The notes beneath the pieces are model-generated. The model worked only from the letters and a program-made list of their open reading frames with translations, was not told the DNA's origin and did not search any database. Shown here piece after piece: positions 1 to 11,894 of a DNA stretch of 64,000 bases (position 1 is the stretch's first letter; each line of letters opens with the position of its first letter). Source of the stretch: Eledone cirrhosa (Eukaryota); contig OZ024744.1 in NCBI GenBank assembly GCA_964016885.1, forward strand, positions 62,930,001 through 62,994,000, given 5' to 3'. Position numbers and translations under genes: made by a program.

Positions 1-276
1 ATTAAAAACTTTAAATCAACACTTTTAAAGAGGTGAATGAATGAATAAATTGAATTAAATACTTAAAAAAGGATGCTGTAATTGTTAGACTATCAATACC
101 ATAATACTACTAACAACAACAACAAGCAATAATATTGAAGACTAAGCAAATCATTTCTTCAAATAAAAATGAAGCATTAACTTAGGTAATGCACAGAGAG
201 AGCACAATATTTACAAAGAGATAGAATATCATAAAATGTGGCCCATTAAATCATTCACTATGTACTATATTAAATA

Positions 277-1162
277 CTAACAGAGGTACCTAGCGTTCCT
301 TGGGAATTAAATAGCATTCATGTCAATACTTCAGTGCTGCTTCAAAAACTATACTTGTACAAAATCACTGGCTTTTTCCAAAAGGGGGTTCCTGCCCCAA
401 GGAGTCCCCTACTCAGTGCGTGCCAATTCTGAGTGTTCAAATTCATCTATATGTATATATATGTGTATGCAAATATATATATATATATATGTATGTATGG
501 GTATATACTGTAATGTGTATAGATGAATGTGTGTATGCATGCGTGTATGTATATTATATATAAGTATATCCGGTACCTAGGAGATCAGATTAGCATGGGA
601 GGAGGGTGTTCCGAGGCCATAGTATCTAGAATAAGGACGGGTTGGAAGAAGTTTAGGGAGCTGCTTCCTCTGTTGACGAAGAAGGGTTTCTCCCTGCGTA
701 CGAAAGGCCAGTTGTATGATGCCTGTGTGAGGAGCGTGATGCTGCATGGTAGTGAGACATGGGCAGCAACTGCAGAGGATATGTGATGACTGGAGAGAAA
801 TGAGGCAAGCATGCTCCGTTGGATGTGCAGTGTCAATGTGCGTGAACGACCCAGCATAAATGTGTTGAGAGAGAAACTGTGTCTGAGAGGGATAGAATGT
901 AGTGTACGAGAGAGGAGACTGAGGTGGTATGGACATGTGATGCGCATGGAGGATGACCGATGGGTGAAGAAGTGCCAGGAAATGCCAGTTGAAAGAAGAC
1001 GTGGTAGAGGTAGACCATGAAAAACATGGGCGGAGGTGGTGAGAACAGACATCATATCATTGAAGCTCACGGTGGAGATGATGAAGGACCGTGACGAGTG
1101 GAGAGATGCTGTGCTGAATAAGACCCGTCCCACCCTTGCAAGCAGGGAAAAGCGGACGTAAA

Positions 1163-1193
<31 letters not shown>

Positions 1194-2176
1194 GTGTATG
1201 TATCGGCGCATACTTATGCATTGGCCTAAATCTTAACTATTATTTACTTTTATTGTTTTAATAACCTCTATCATTTCCGTTTAACTTTATTTGTATTATT
1301 CTTAAACTCCAGAGCCGAGAATCATCCGGTTATTCTAAATAGAATATTAGTCTAACGTCTCCTTTTATACCATAAATGTGTTTTTGTCTTTGCAAGAAAT
1401 CGTTCTCATCACTCCACATAACAGGGTAATTATCCTAGCTTTTCTTTCCATTCATCGCCAGGGAACGTTTTCACGAACCAAAGTATCATCTTCCTGTTTT
1501 CCTTCGGTTCTAACTTTTCTCGAAATATTTGCTGCGGCACCCACAGATTGATTTTTTTTTTTTTTAGTTTCAGAAGATCCCGTTAAGGGTGAAAGAAGCG
1601 ATTCTTTGCTTAAACTTCAATCTGCTATTATATATAGATGCGTGTGCGCGCGAACATTGTAACTTCCCTGGACACACAGTCACAATACGTCATGTGAAAG
1701 AGAAAGATGTAAGGTTGAGGAAAGGAGAAAGTTGAACAGTGTGTGAAGAATAAATAAAAGTTAAAGTTATAGAACACTGCTATCATTTTCTCCCCTCCCC
1801 AAACTCCCTCACTCTTTCTTAACCTCCCTCTCTCTCTCTCTGGCTTATATACATATACATACATACACATATATGTGCGTGTGTAAACCAGCATTCGTCG
1901 CCATTCTCTCTCCGAATATCTTGTACCTCTCTGTATAACGGCCTATCTCACTCTCTACCTCTCCATCTCCATCTCTCTTTAGCTGTGCATGTGTGTGTGT
2001 GTGTAGTTTTCGTGCAACCAACATTTATCTAGGAGCTGTATTAGACAAAAACTTGAACATTTTATGAGTCCAAAACACTCCTGGGAACAAAACGTATGTT
2101 TGTTCCAAGTTGCAAACTGTAGAACTTATGTGGGTACAGGCATACACACATACATCCTCAGTTTTATATTTATAGA
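277..2176 (-). mobile_element. Non-autonomous Helitron-like element, interrupted by an RTE fragment
   Basis: 5' A|TCTATAAATATAAAACTGAGGATGT at 2176; degenerate 3' hairpin CCCAAGGAACGCTAGG then TTAG|T at 277. Shares modules with the elements at 46489 and 56030. Confidence 0.6.
567..1190 (+). mobile_element. RTE LINE 3' fragment (subfamily A)
   Basis: RYLGDQISMGGG...LRWYGHVMRM...RGRGRP with stops; (GAT)n tail; near-identical to the 3' end of the element at 8565-11105. Confidence 0.93.
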
Positions 2177-2446
2177 TATACACAATGCATTACAAACCTT
2201 CTTCAAATTCAATTTTTCTACAAGAGTCTGATAGTCTTCACAATCACTAAAAAATTTAAATGTAAAAAATTCAGGATTATTATCTTTAGACCGATTTATA
2301 TAAGAGACATGAATTAAATACAGTTCTTACATTTAAATTTTATACCAAAGACTGATGATGTGGAAAGGAAGTGACACTGGTATATAAGATGTATTAAACT
2401 TTCAGAAATATCTTGAGAAAATGGTAAATGTAGTTTTTAATTTAAG

Positions 2447-2955
2447 ACTGTAATGACTAGTGGTTAGGGTGTTGAACTTGTGATCATAAGGTAACAGGTT
2501 CAATTCAAAGGTTGGACAATGTTTTCCTTGAGTAAGACACTTCATTCATGTTGCTTCAATACATTCAGCTGAAAAACGGTGTACCACTAACAGCAGCAGT
2601 TGAGGATTTACTACTGCAATAGACTAGTGTCCAGTACATTCTTTTCCTGATAGGACTAGGTCCTTTATTAAAATACCTCTGAAACGCAACTCCATAGAAA
2701 GCCAGCTAAACCTACATAGATGTTAGCTGTTAAAACATCATACATATGTATGATAGAACAGGGACCTCAATCATTAAAACCCTCAAGAAATCTATGAGAT
2801 GCAACCTCATAAGAGGTCAGCTCAACTTAGAGGAGTGAGCTGTAACAACAACAATAGGTAGTGCTGATAGGATTGTCTGAGAAAACTCCTATGAAATATA
2901 ACTTTGTAGGATGCCAGTTAGACCTACATGTATGAGCTGTAACCACAACAACAGC
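2447..2955 (+). mobile_element. tRNA-derived SINE with internal tandem module
   Basis: A/B-box-like head (TAGTGGTTAGG...GGTTCAATTC), central CCTTGAGTAAGACACTT block, about three copies of a ~100-130 bp module, AAC tail. Related copies at ~5095-5500, 7815-8070, 13305-13417, 49750-49825, 55715-55810. Confidence 0.6.
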
Positions 2956-3198
2956 AAATCAAACATTTTAGAGAGTAACAACCAGCTTTTTTTTAGACAT
3001 ATTTTTATAGTAAAACAATGCATCTTGTTTTATTGAAATAGCAAGCACAGTAAATAGTATTTAATGAGTTAAATTAAATCATTTGAGGCTTCTCACTCAT
3101 GGAGTCCTTTGAAGCAATGTTTTACAGCTTGATGATCTTTCTAGCACCAACCTCTTACGATGCACTGTACCAATGTGAAATTATATTAAATGATTTAC

Positions 3199-3427
3199 CT
3201 TCTACCACCACCACCAGTAACTCGAATCAATTCTGCCCTGAGGTTTGCCACAGAAAGCTTCAGTTCCTGAATTTCTACCTCACGTTTATCCCGATTAATC
3301 GTAGGCTTGTTTTTAATGTGACTTGCTCGCTCAGCATATTTTAACGTATTCACCGATTCATCTAAATTCAGGTCGGCAGGACTGATACATGCTATCATCA
3401 GAGTGTAGCTGTTTCCTCCAAGGGAAT
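3199..3427 (-). CDS. KIF4A: KIF4A-like exon 7 (end of motor, neck coiled coil); gene continues beyond the window start
   Basis: [47 protein letters not shown]...; TAG acceptor, GTAAA donor; 229 nt, phase 1 to 2. Confidence 0.93.
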
Positions 3428-4921
3428 CTAATTCAAATATTAAACAAAAACAAACAAAAAAGGTGGAGGGATAAAATATTGATATGCAACATTATTCTAT
3501 CAGAACTCTACAAAATTGTGAACATGAACTACATCAGCAGTCCATATGAAATATCTATTTAGAAGGTAAACATGGAACATACTTTTGGTTAATGATAGGA
3601 AATGATGATGATTGGTTCCCTGTTGTTAACTCTTATGGTATCTTAGTTTGGTTTCAGGCAGTTTGATACATTTATCTAGAAAACTTTGTCATATCTCCTA
3701 CTGTTTTAAACACCAGCTTAATGAGAAAGTCATATTACTAAAGCTCTCAAATTCTTACAACACAAAGCTGTTTATTTTAAAGTGTTTATTTATAATAATT
3801 TTTAAAAAATTAATAAAACCTTCCATTATAAATTTTAATTAAGAACCTTTGTTAAGTTATGTTCCAAACACCAACTTAATAAGGCAAAAGTTAGTTATAC
3901 TACAAAATCACTCTGAATTCTTGATTATTTTCAAAAGAATTTGAAAATTATAAGCAGTGCCTTTTATCATAAATATGGTAGCAAATGGGTTAAAACATCT
4001 AAGAAACCTCATCACAGACTGTATGTTACTTTTTATTACATCTCACATACATGTATGTGAGACGTAATAAATAGTAACAACTAGTTAGCATACTCACCAG
4101 AAAAATGCACATGCAACTGTTGTAAAAACAGGCACATCTCATTTAAGTGTTAACAACCAAACATATTAAGCCAATTGACTTTGTTTTGTCAAGAAATATT
4201 TAACCTTACAAAATTACTCTTAATTACTGCACTGGTAATACTAATGAAACCTCATTGATTAAATTGATTTAAACTGAAAAAATTATTGCATCAAATATAG
4301 TTTCAATGGAACATCATATCATCCTCATCACATTATATCCATTTTCCCAAGCTGGCATGGGGTGGACAGTCCAAGTCAGTTCTTATTCAGAGATATTGTT
4401 TGAAACAAATTATGGAGGTGCCATGACAAAAGCGCCCAGCCCACACTGTAGTGGTCGTGTAGGTGTCATGTCAAAAAATACCCAGTCTACACTGTAAAGT
4501 GGTTGTGTAGGTGTCATGACAAAAAGCACCCAGCCCACACTGCAAATGTGGTTGACATTAGAAAGGGTATTCAGGAATAAAGAAAACAAAGCCAAAATCA
4601 GTTCTGTGTGAGCAAATCGCGGTTCCTCAACCTGATCTCTCCCATGCTAGGTTAAATGATCATGATAAATAAAATCCTCCTCCATCTGATTGGTGGAGAT
4701 AATTGACACCTCTCGTTAGCAATGTCTTCATTGTCTGGCTGAAAGGAAACTTTTTACTGAACCAGTTTCAATCGATAGTATTAGTTACAAGTTTGGCATT
4801 TGATTGTCTTAAAAACTATACATGAAGTAACTCTCTTAATAATGAAATTTTAGTAAATCCTTCAACATATTGAAATAGAATGCATTTCATTAGAGATACA
4901 GTTACGCATATGTGGTATTAC

Positions 4922-5041
4922 CTTGAAGAATTCGAGTTAGTTTTGAGTCCCTATAAGGCACATGGCTTCGTTTTCCTCCTTCTGAACTAAGGGCACTGAT
5001 GACATTTCCAAGGGAGAGTAGACCTTTATTGATGTTGATAC
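4922..5041 (-). CDS. KIF4A: KIF4A-like exon 6
   Basis: [40 protein letters not shown]; TAG acceptor, GTAAT donor; 120 nt, phase 1 to 1. Confidence 0.94.
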
Positions 5042-5604
5042 CTAGGAGGAAAAAAAAAAAATATTGAAATTAAATGAAAATGAAATTTATTGCTCAGAGC
5101 TATGTAGGCTTAGCTGGTCACCTACAAATTTGTATCTCATAGGAGTTTCTTGGATATTTTAATGTAACACTATTGTTGTTACAGCACACATTTATAGTTT
5201 TAGCTGGTTTCCTACAATGGACGTTTCTCATAGGTGTTTTAATGATAGGAACTCCCAGCCATAACACTTTACATAAAGTTGTTGTAGCTCACACCTATAT
5301 AAGTTTAGTTGGCCACCAAGAAGGATGCATCATATAAGAGGTTTCTTGGGTGTTTTAATGATAGGAGCTCTAATTTTATCTTGAAAAGTAAGATGAAATA
5401 AAATGTCTCGCTCAAGAACACAATACCACAGCTAGTTCAAGAATTGAACCCATAGCATGGAAGTTGAGTCCAAAACCCTAACTTCTCTACAACATACCTT
5501 CATGAGATATAAGAGCTTCAATAAGGAAGAAAAACTTATTCAATAGAATATTTTTTGCTCAACTTTCCTGCGATATTCAGATCCATCATTATTTTTACAT
5601 CCAA

Positions 5605-5791
5605 AGGTGGGATTGGCAGTATCGGTAGAGAGTCGGACGCCATGCTTTGACGCATAGTTACGGCCCTTGCAATTCTGAGTTCAAATTCCGCCGAGGTTAA
5701 CTTTGCCATTCATCCTTACGGGGTCGATAAAATAAAGTACCAGTAATGAACTGGGTTATTTACTGGCCTTGTGCCAAAAGGAGAAACAATT
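5605..5791 (+). mobile_element. SINE family with CATCCTTACGGGGTCGATAAAATAAAGTACC core
   Basis: Repeats at ~6460-6638(-), 11490-11602(-), 18655-18747(-), 20056-20188(-), 20465-20515(-), 24999-25077(+), 25463-25563(+), 28669-28722(-), 53769-53858(+); B-box GAGTTCAAATT. Confidence 0.8.
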
Positions 5792-7189
5792 ATTTTTACA
5801 TCTACTTTCAGAATTCTCTCACTTCTTTCTGTTCAAAGCAGCTGTAATTAGCCACTCATACTGATGTCAAGGTATTGTTCTCAAAATAAATATCAAAATC
5901 TCATAGATTCAATATTATGAGATAATTATGTGAGGTAAAGCCTTTACCATGAAAATACAATAGTATATAGAGAATAATGTAAATGATAAAGGGTTAAAGT
6001 AAGAGACTTATTCCACTTATCCATATTCAATGAACCACTGAACTGTGGGACATGTGTGCAGGACATACACAAACAGTGTTGACACGAAGACACATTGTGA
6101 TAAACACACGGGCACATACATATATATCTCTGCGTGTTGTAAGAAGTGGCTAAAAGGGTCAGTGTCAAGAAGGACACCCGGCTGAATATATATATATTTT
6201 TTTTTTTGTGTGCGGGGACATAGAAATAATCTGGCTGGATACCCGATTGTGCAGTTACACCACTGGGAGTGAAGGACCTCTAGCCCTTGTCAGGGCATTC
6301 TTCAAGGAGAAGGCATCTCAGGAAACTGGGATAACTCCGATATAAAACCTGCGACTCAGTAGCTACTGATGATGTTGATCTTTTCTTCTTTTCGGGTTAT
6401 AGCTACTGTCGCTCAGAGAGTGGGATTGGCTCAGTGCACAGTCTTTCCTCACTTTAAAATTGTTTTTACTTTTTGGCACAAGGCCAGCAATTACCCAGTG
6501 CATTACTGGTACTTTATTTTATCGACCCCATAAGGATGAAAGGCAAAGTTAACCTCGGCAGGATTTGAACTCAGAATGGCAAGGGCCGCAACTATGCTTC
6601 AAAGCATGGTGTCCGACCCTCTACCGATACTGCCAATTGCATTAATTAATAATTATTAAGTGTTATTATTGTTATGACCATACTGTAAAATGGAGGGGTA
6701 GAGAGGGCCCATGAGTCCAGTAAGACATCCTCTCTAGTGCTGGTGGCACGAATAAAAGCACCCAGTCCATGCTGTAAAGTGGCGCTGGTGTTAGGAAGAG
6801 CATCCAACCAGTGTATCAATCCCAAAACACCAAATGATGATGATGATGATATATATATAACAGATACACACACACATATGCATTATTGTTATTTAATGTC
6901 TGCTTTCCATGCTTTCATGTTTTGGGCAGGTTGTCACCATAGTCCGTTATTGAGTCACTGCCCGAACATACATTGGAGTACAATACATTCAAAGTTTAGG
7001 CACGGATTTTACATATATAGGATAAGGATAACGACGATAATTATAATATATAAAACCACTGTTTAATATCTATTTTCCATGCTTGCTGTTAGATGGGCTG
7101 TCGCATACTGAGGCTAGACTGACGTAAAACGATGAAGTACCCATTCTAAACTGTATTTGAAAATAAAAGAAACCAAGATGTAAAATTAC

Positions 7190-7284
7190 CTTCCTTAAGA
7201 CGGTCTCCTTCTGCCATGGTTTTCTTTATTCTTTCAGAGCCAGCTAAGTCCACCAAGTGGAATTTAGCCTTCCTCACATCCGTT
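7190..7284 (-). CDS. KIF4A: KIF4A-like exon 5 (switch II)
   Basis: [31 protein letters not shown]; AAG acceptor, GTAAT donor; 95 nt, phase 2 to 1. Confidence 0.92.
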
Positions 7285-7618
7285 CTTCAATTGATAAGAA
7301 AAAAATAATAATCTAATTTATAGCAATCATATAATTCATAATTTATTTATATTTAATTTCAACAAAAAAAACCTTAAAAGCATTGTTTAAAAAATTAAAA
7401 ATTGACTAAAAAGAGTGTAAACCCTCCCTCCAGTTTAATCACTTCTAGTCCCCTTCCACACAAATACTGTTATTCTCTCTCTCTACACACACACATCCCG
7501 CTAATGTCCCTACACTTGTGCACCCACCTAATATCCTTACACACACACACAACCAATGCCCCTCCTCAACTCTCTGCTAAAAACTTTATAAGGAGAGCAA
7601 TGCAATAAAACAACTTAC

Positions 7619-7785
7619 ATGTCTGTTTTTGAAATGATAGTGAATGCGAGTGTGAAAATAGCATGTGATCGACTTGATTGTGTATTCATAGCTGTTGAGC
7701 CAGTCGACCGCACTGTTGATCCCTTGGTTAGGCAATCCATGGTGCTTCCAAAATCTTTAACACACACTTCTGTTAAACCAGTAAC
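7619..7785 (-). CDS. KIF4A: KIF4A-like exon 4 (switch I)
   Basis: VTGLTEVCV...STAMNTQSSRSHAIFTL; CAG acceptor, GTAAG donor; 167 nt, phase 0 to 2. Confidence 0.93.
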
Positions 7786-8564
7786 CTGAAATATTCAGAA
7801 ATTTATAAATACATGTTGCTACAGCTCACACCTATACAGGCTTAACTGACCTATGGGGTTGTATCACATCAATATTTCTTGGGTGTTTTAATGATAGGGT
7901 TTAACTGGTTTCCTACAAAGTTGTATCTCCTAAGTTTCTTGAGCGTTTCAATGATGAAGTAAGAAGGGTTAGCCCTATCATGAAAAGTATCATAAAAATG
8001 AAGCATTGAGCTTAAGAACACACAACTGTGAGTCCAACCACCTAGCTACTAGACCACATGCCTGCACATATAAATATATATATTATATAAACACCTATTC
8101 CTTATTGTTGTTTAGGTTCAGCATAAGAGGTATCTAAAACAATGCAATCTCTCCCATTTTGTTTTTAATATGGTAGACTAACAGTGTTTTGGTTACATAT
8201 ACAGATATACTTACATAAATTAGATCCATTATAATAATCATTTAACTTTGAGAAATTCTTTCCCACCAAGATTCCTAGTTAAATATTGCTCGCATAAAAG
8301 GCTACTATTTGTAAACACCTTCCAAAATAAGACTTCTGTATGTCTATTCCTAGCTTCTTCACAATTTCACCTCACTACAAACTTCGATATATCAGAACTT
8401 TTATAAAAAAAATGAAGTCAGAAATAAATTTTATATGAATGTTTTTCAAACCTAATATCTAATAGGTTTAGACATAACTGTGTGGTGACAACTTGCGCAA
8501 ACGTCTACTATTGCCTTAGGTAAAAATTTGGTAGAATTTGGAAACTGTGGAAGCCCTTCGCATA

Positions 8565-11105
8565 TCATCATCATCATCATCATTTTACATCCGCTTTTCC
8601 CTGCTTGCAAGGGTGGGACGGTCTTATTCAGCACAGCATCTCTCCACTCGTCACGGTCCTTCGTCATCTCCACCGTGAGCTTCAATGATCTGAGGTCTGT
8701 TCTCACCACCTCCGCCCATGTTTTTCGTGGTCTACCTCTACCACGTCTTCCTTCAACTGGCATTTCCTGGTACTTCTTCACCCATCGGTCATCCTCCATG
8801 CGCATCACATGTCCATACCACCACAGTCTCCTCTCCCGTACACTACATTCTATCCCTCTCAGACACAGTTTCTCTCTCAACACATTTATGCTGGGTCGTT
8901 CACGCACATTTACACTGCACATCCAACGGAGCATGCTTGCCTCATTTCTCTCCAGCCATCGCATATCCTCTGCAGTTGCTGCCCATGTCTCACTACCATG
9001 CAGCATCGCGCTCCTCACACAGGCATCATACAACCGGTCTTTCGTACGCAGGGAGAAACCCTTCGTCAGCAGCTCCCTAAACTTCTTCCAACCCGTCCTT
9101 ATTCTAGATACTATGGCCTCGGAACACCCTCCTCCCATGCTAATCTGATCTCCTAGGTACCGGAAGCTATCCACCACTTCTATAGCGCCCTCCTGCATTT
9201 GAAAAATGTGTCTATCAATGCGACTTCTACTGTCTAATTTCCCTGTACATCTACTGCATACATATTTCTCCCTACCTGTTAGTTTGCCTGCTATCCCACT
9301 ACATCTCTTGTGTACCCAGGATCTGCATTGTGTGCATTTTATAGAATTTATGCCAGTTCCTTTTCTGCATATCGAACATGGCCATTTCCCTGATGGAATC
9401 AGAGTTTTGTCCTCTTTTCTACTCATCAACACTTTTGTCTTAGCTAGGTTCACTCTCAGTCCTCTTGCCTCCAACTGCTGTTTCCATAGCCAGTATTTAT
9501 TCTCTAGCTCCTCTACTGATTCTACTATAAGAACCAGATCGTCAGTATAGAGAAGTTCCCATGGACAGCCAGTCTTAAACTCCTCTGTTATGGCTTGGAG
9601 GACTATAATGAACAAGAGCAGGCTGAGGACCGAACCTTGATGTACTCCTACTTGTATCTGGAATTCCTCACTAAACTCCATTCCTACCCTGACTTTACTG
9701 AGAGTACCTCTGTACAAAGTTTACAGTCCTCACAAACCATTCCTCAACACCTAGCTTCCTTAGGGACCACCAGATGACAGATCGGGGTACCCTATCAAAG
9801 GCCTTCTCTAGGTCAACAAAGGCTAAGTATAGTGGCTTATTTTTCTCTAAGAACCTATCTTGTAGTTGTCTCACTAAGAAGAGGGCATCTGTTGTACTTT
9901 TCCCAAGCACAAAACCAAACTGCATCTCATCTAGTTTGACCCTTTCTCTAATTAGTTGTGCTAATATCCTTTCTGCCACTTTCATAACCTGATCCATCAG
10001 TTTTATACCCCTATAATTGCTCCTCTCCAGAGCATCCCCTTTACCTTTGTAGCAATTTATGAGAATACTGCTGCACCAGTCTTTGAGTATGACACCACCA
10101 TATATAGCCTGATTGATGATGCGTGCAACCAGTTTAGTGCCTACGTCCCCTGATGCCTTCAGCATCTCAGCAACTATTCCCGATGGTCCAGCAGCCTTAC
10201 CATTTTTCATTTCCTTAATCGCCTCTTGGACCCTATATTCGTCAATCTCAATAACTGGTCCCTCTGTCGAATCTACTAAGGGTAATTTCTCTCTCTCCTA
10301 TTCGTTCTCCACATTCATCAGTCTCTCATAATGACATTTCCAGGCCTCCTCTTTCTGATCATTCGTGACACTAAGTACACCAGCATCATCCCGGACACAT
10401 TTATCTCCAACAACATCCTGATTTGCATTGACACACTGCCTTGCAATGTGGAACACCGCACGCCTCTGATCTTCCCGTCGCAGAACATTGGCAAACATCC
10501 TACTCTCCGCCTCCCTGCGTCTAGCTTCTCTCTTAGTGGCTGTATATTCTTCCCTACTCCCACCCTTTTCCCAAGCCTTCCATGCTAGTATTTTGTCTCT
10601 AATGGCCTTATCTACTCTCTGTCTGGTTGGAGCTCTGCTCCAGCCACAAGTTTCATCAGTAGCCTGCAGCAAGTTGTCACGTAAGAAATTCCAGTTATTA
10701 TCTATGTCATACGTCTCTAAATCGTCTTCTTTTTCGTCATATACATCTTGAAGGTCTTTCCTAAATTTGAATTTTAGTGAAAGGTCTTTTAGCTTCCAGA
10801 CCTTTCTTCTCCACACCTTCCTATATGTCTCATTCCATCTCTTGCTTACTGAGATATCACTAACAACTAACCTATGCTGTGGGGTACATTCTTCCCCAGG
10901 GTATGCCTTGGTATTAGACACTATCTGCCTGTCCCGCTGCCTAACTAGCAGGAAGTCAATTTGGCTTATGTGCTCGCCTGATTTGTAGGTTATTAGGTGA
11001 TTGGCAGGTTTCTGGAAGTTTGTGTTGCAAATTGTCAATGTACCTGCATCACAAAATTCAAGAAGTCTCACTCCTTCATTTCTTGAGCCGTAACCGTGCC
11101 CACCA
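8565..11105 (-). mobile_element. RTE LINE, 5'-truncated and frameshifted (subfamily A), in KIF4 intron 3
   Basis: ORFs 10298-11071 (APE end, SQIDF...HRLV), 9695-10210 (NYRGI, FVDLEKAFD), 8452-9717 (GVHQGSVLS, YTDD, C4HC3 finger); (GAT)n tail. Confidence 0.95.
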
Positions 11106-11117
11106 TATATATATATT

Positions 11118-11455
11118 TTTCATTTTTCATTTTACGTCCGCTTCTTCCCTGCTTGCAAGGGTGGGACGGGAACTGATTCTGGCTTGATTTCTACAGCTGG
11201 ATGCCCTTCCTAACACCAACCTCATTTACAGTGAGTGCTGGGTGCTTTTTTTGCCGTGGCACCTCCATGACCACTTTGCAGTGGAATGATAGGGACCCCA
11301 GTCCCTATCATCTCATTTCTACAGCTGAGTGAACTGGAGCAATGTGAAATAAAGTGCCTTGCTCAAAGAAACAACACATCACTCAATTTGAGAATTGAAC
11401 TCACAACCTTTCGATTGCAAGGCTAATGCTCTAACCACTAAGCCATGTGCTTCCA
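11118..11455 (-). mobile_element. tRNA-derived SINE with RTE 3' tail
   Basis: Head TGGCTTAGTGGTTAGAGC...GAGTTCAATTC, central TTGAGCAAGGCACTTTATTTCAC block, 3' end CCCACCCTTGCAAGCAGGGAA...GGACGTAAAATG shared with RTE-A. Second full copy at 32245-32572; tail fragment at 21253-21361. Confidence 0.85.
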
Positions 11456-11810
11456 TATATCTATATATATCTATCTATATATATATATATAATTGTTTCT
11501 ACTTTTGGCACAAGGCCAGCAATTATCCCAGTGTATTACTGGTACTTTATTTTATCAACCCCGTAAGGATGAAAGGCAAAGTTAACCTCGGCGGGATTTG
11601 AACTATATATATATATATATATAATGTGGCTGTTTTTATGTCTTGTAAGTTAAAAATTCTACAAAAAGATCAAAATAAATAGATTTGCAAAAAAAATAAT
11701 GAATTACTGGGAGTTGATATATTCAACTAAATTCCTTCAATGCAGCACCCCAAAATGGTTGTAGTCAAAGAACTGAAACCAATAAAAGATAAAATGCCAA
11801 GGAGACTTAC

Positions 11811-11894
11811 CATTATATACCCAGCGTAATCCTCCCTAATGAATAACTGTTCTTTTTGTTGAGAGAGAAGATCCTTGATTTCTTCATTATAGAT
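11811..11894 (-). CDS. KIF4A: KIF4A-like exon 3
   Basis: IYNEEIKDLLSQQKEQLFIREDYAGYIM (not in ORF track); AAG acceptor, GTAAG donor; 84 nt, phase 0 to 0. Confidence 0.9.

Noticed and set aside
8528-10988. Multiple + strand ORFs overlapping the RTE (also 44155-45588 and 585-1211)
   Set aside because: Antisense shadows of LINE coding sequence with no independent motifs.
11385-11455. Possible tRNA gene (also 32505-32572 and the tRNA-Trp match at 26520)
   Set aside because: These are SINE heads and a PBS; no complete cloverleaf.
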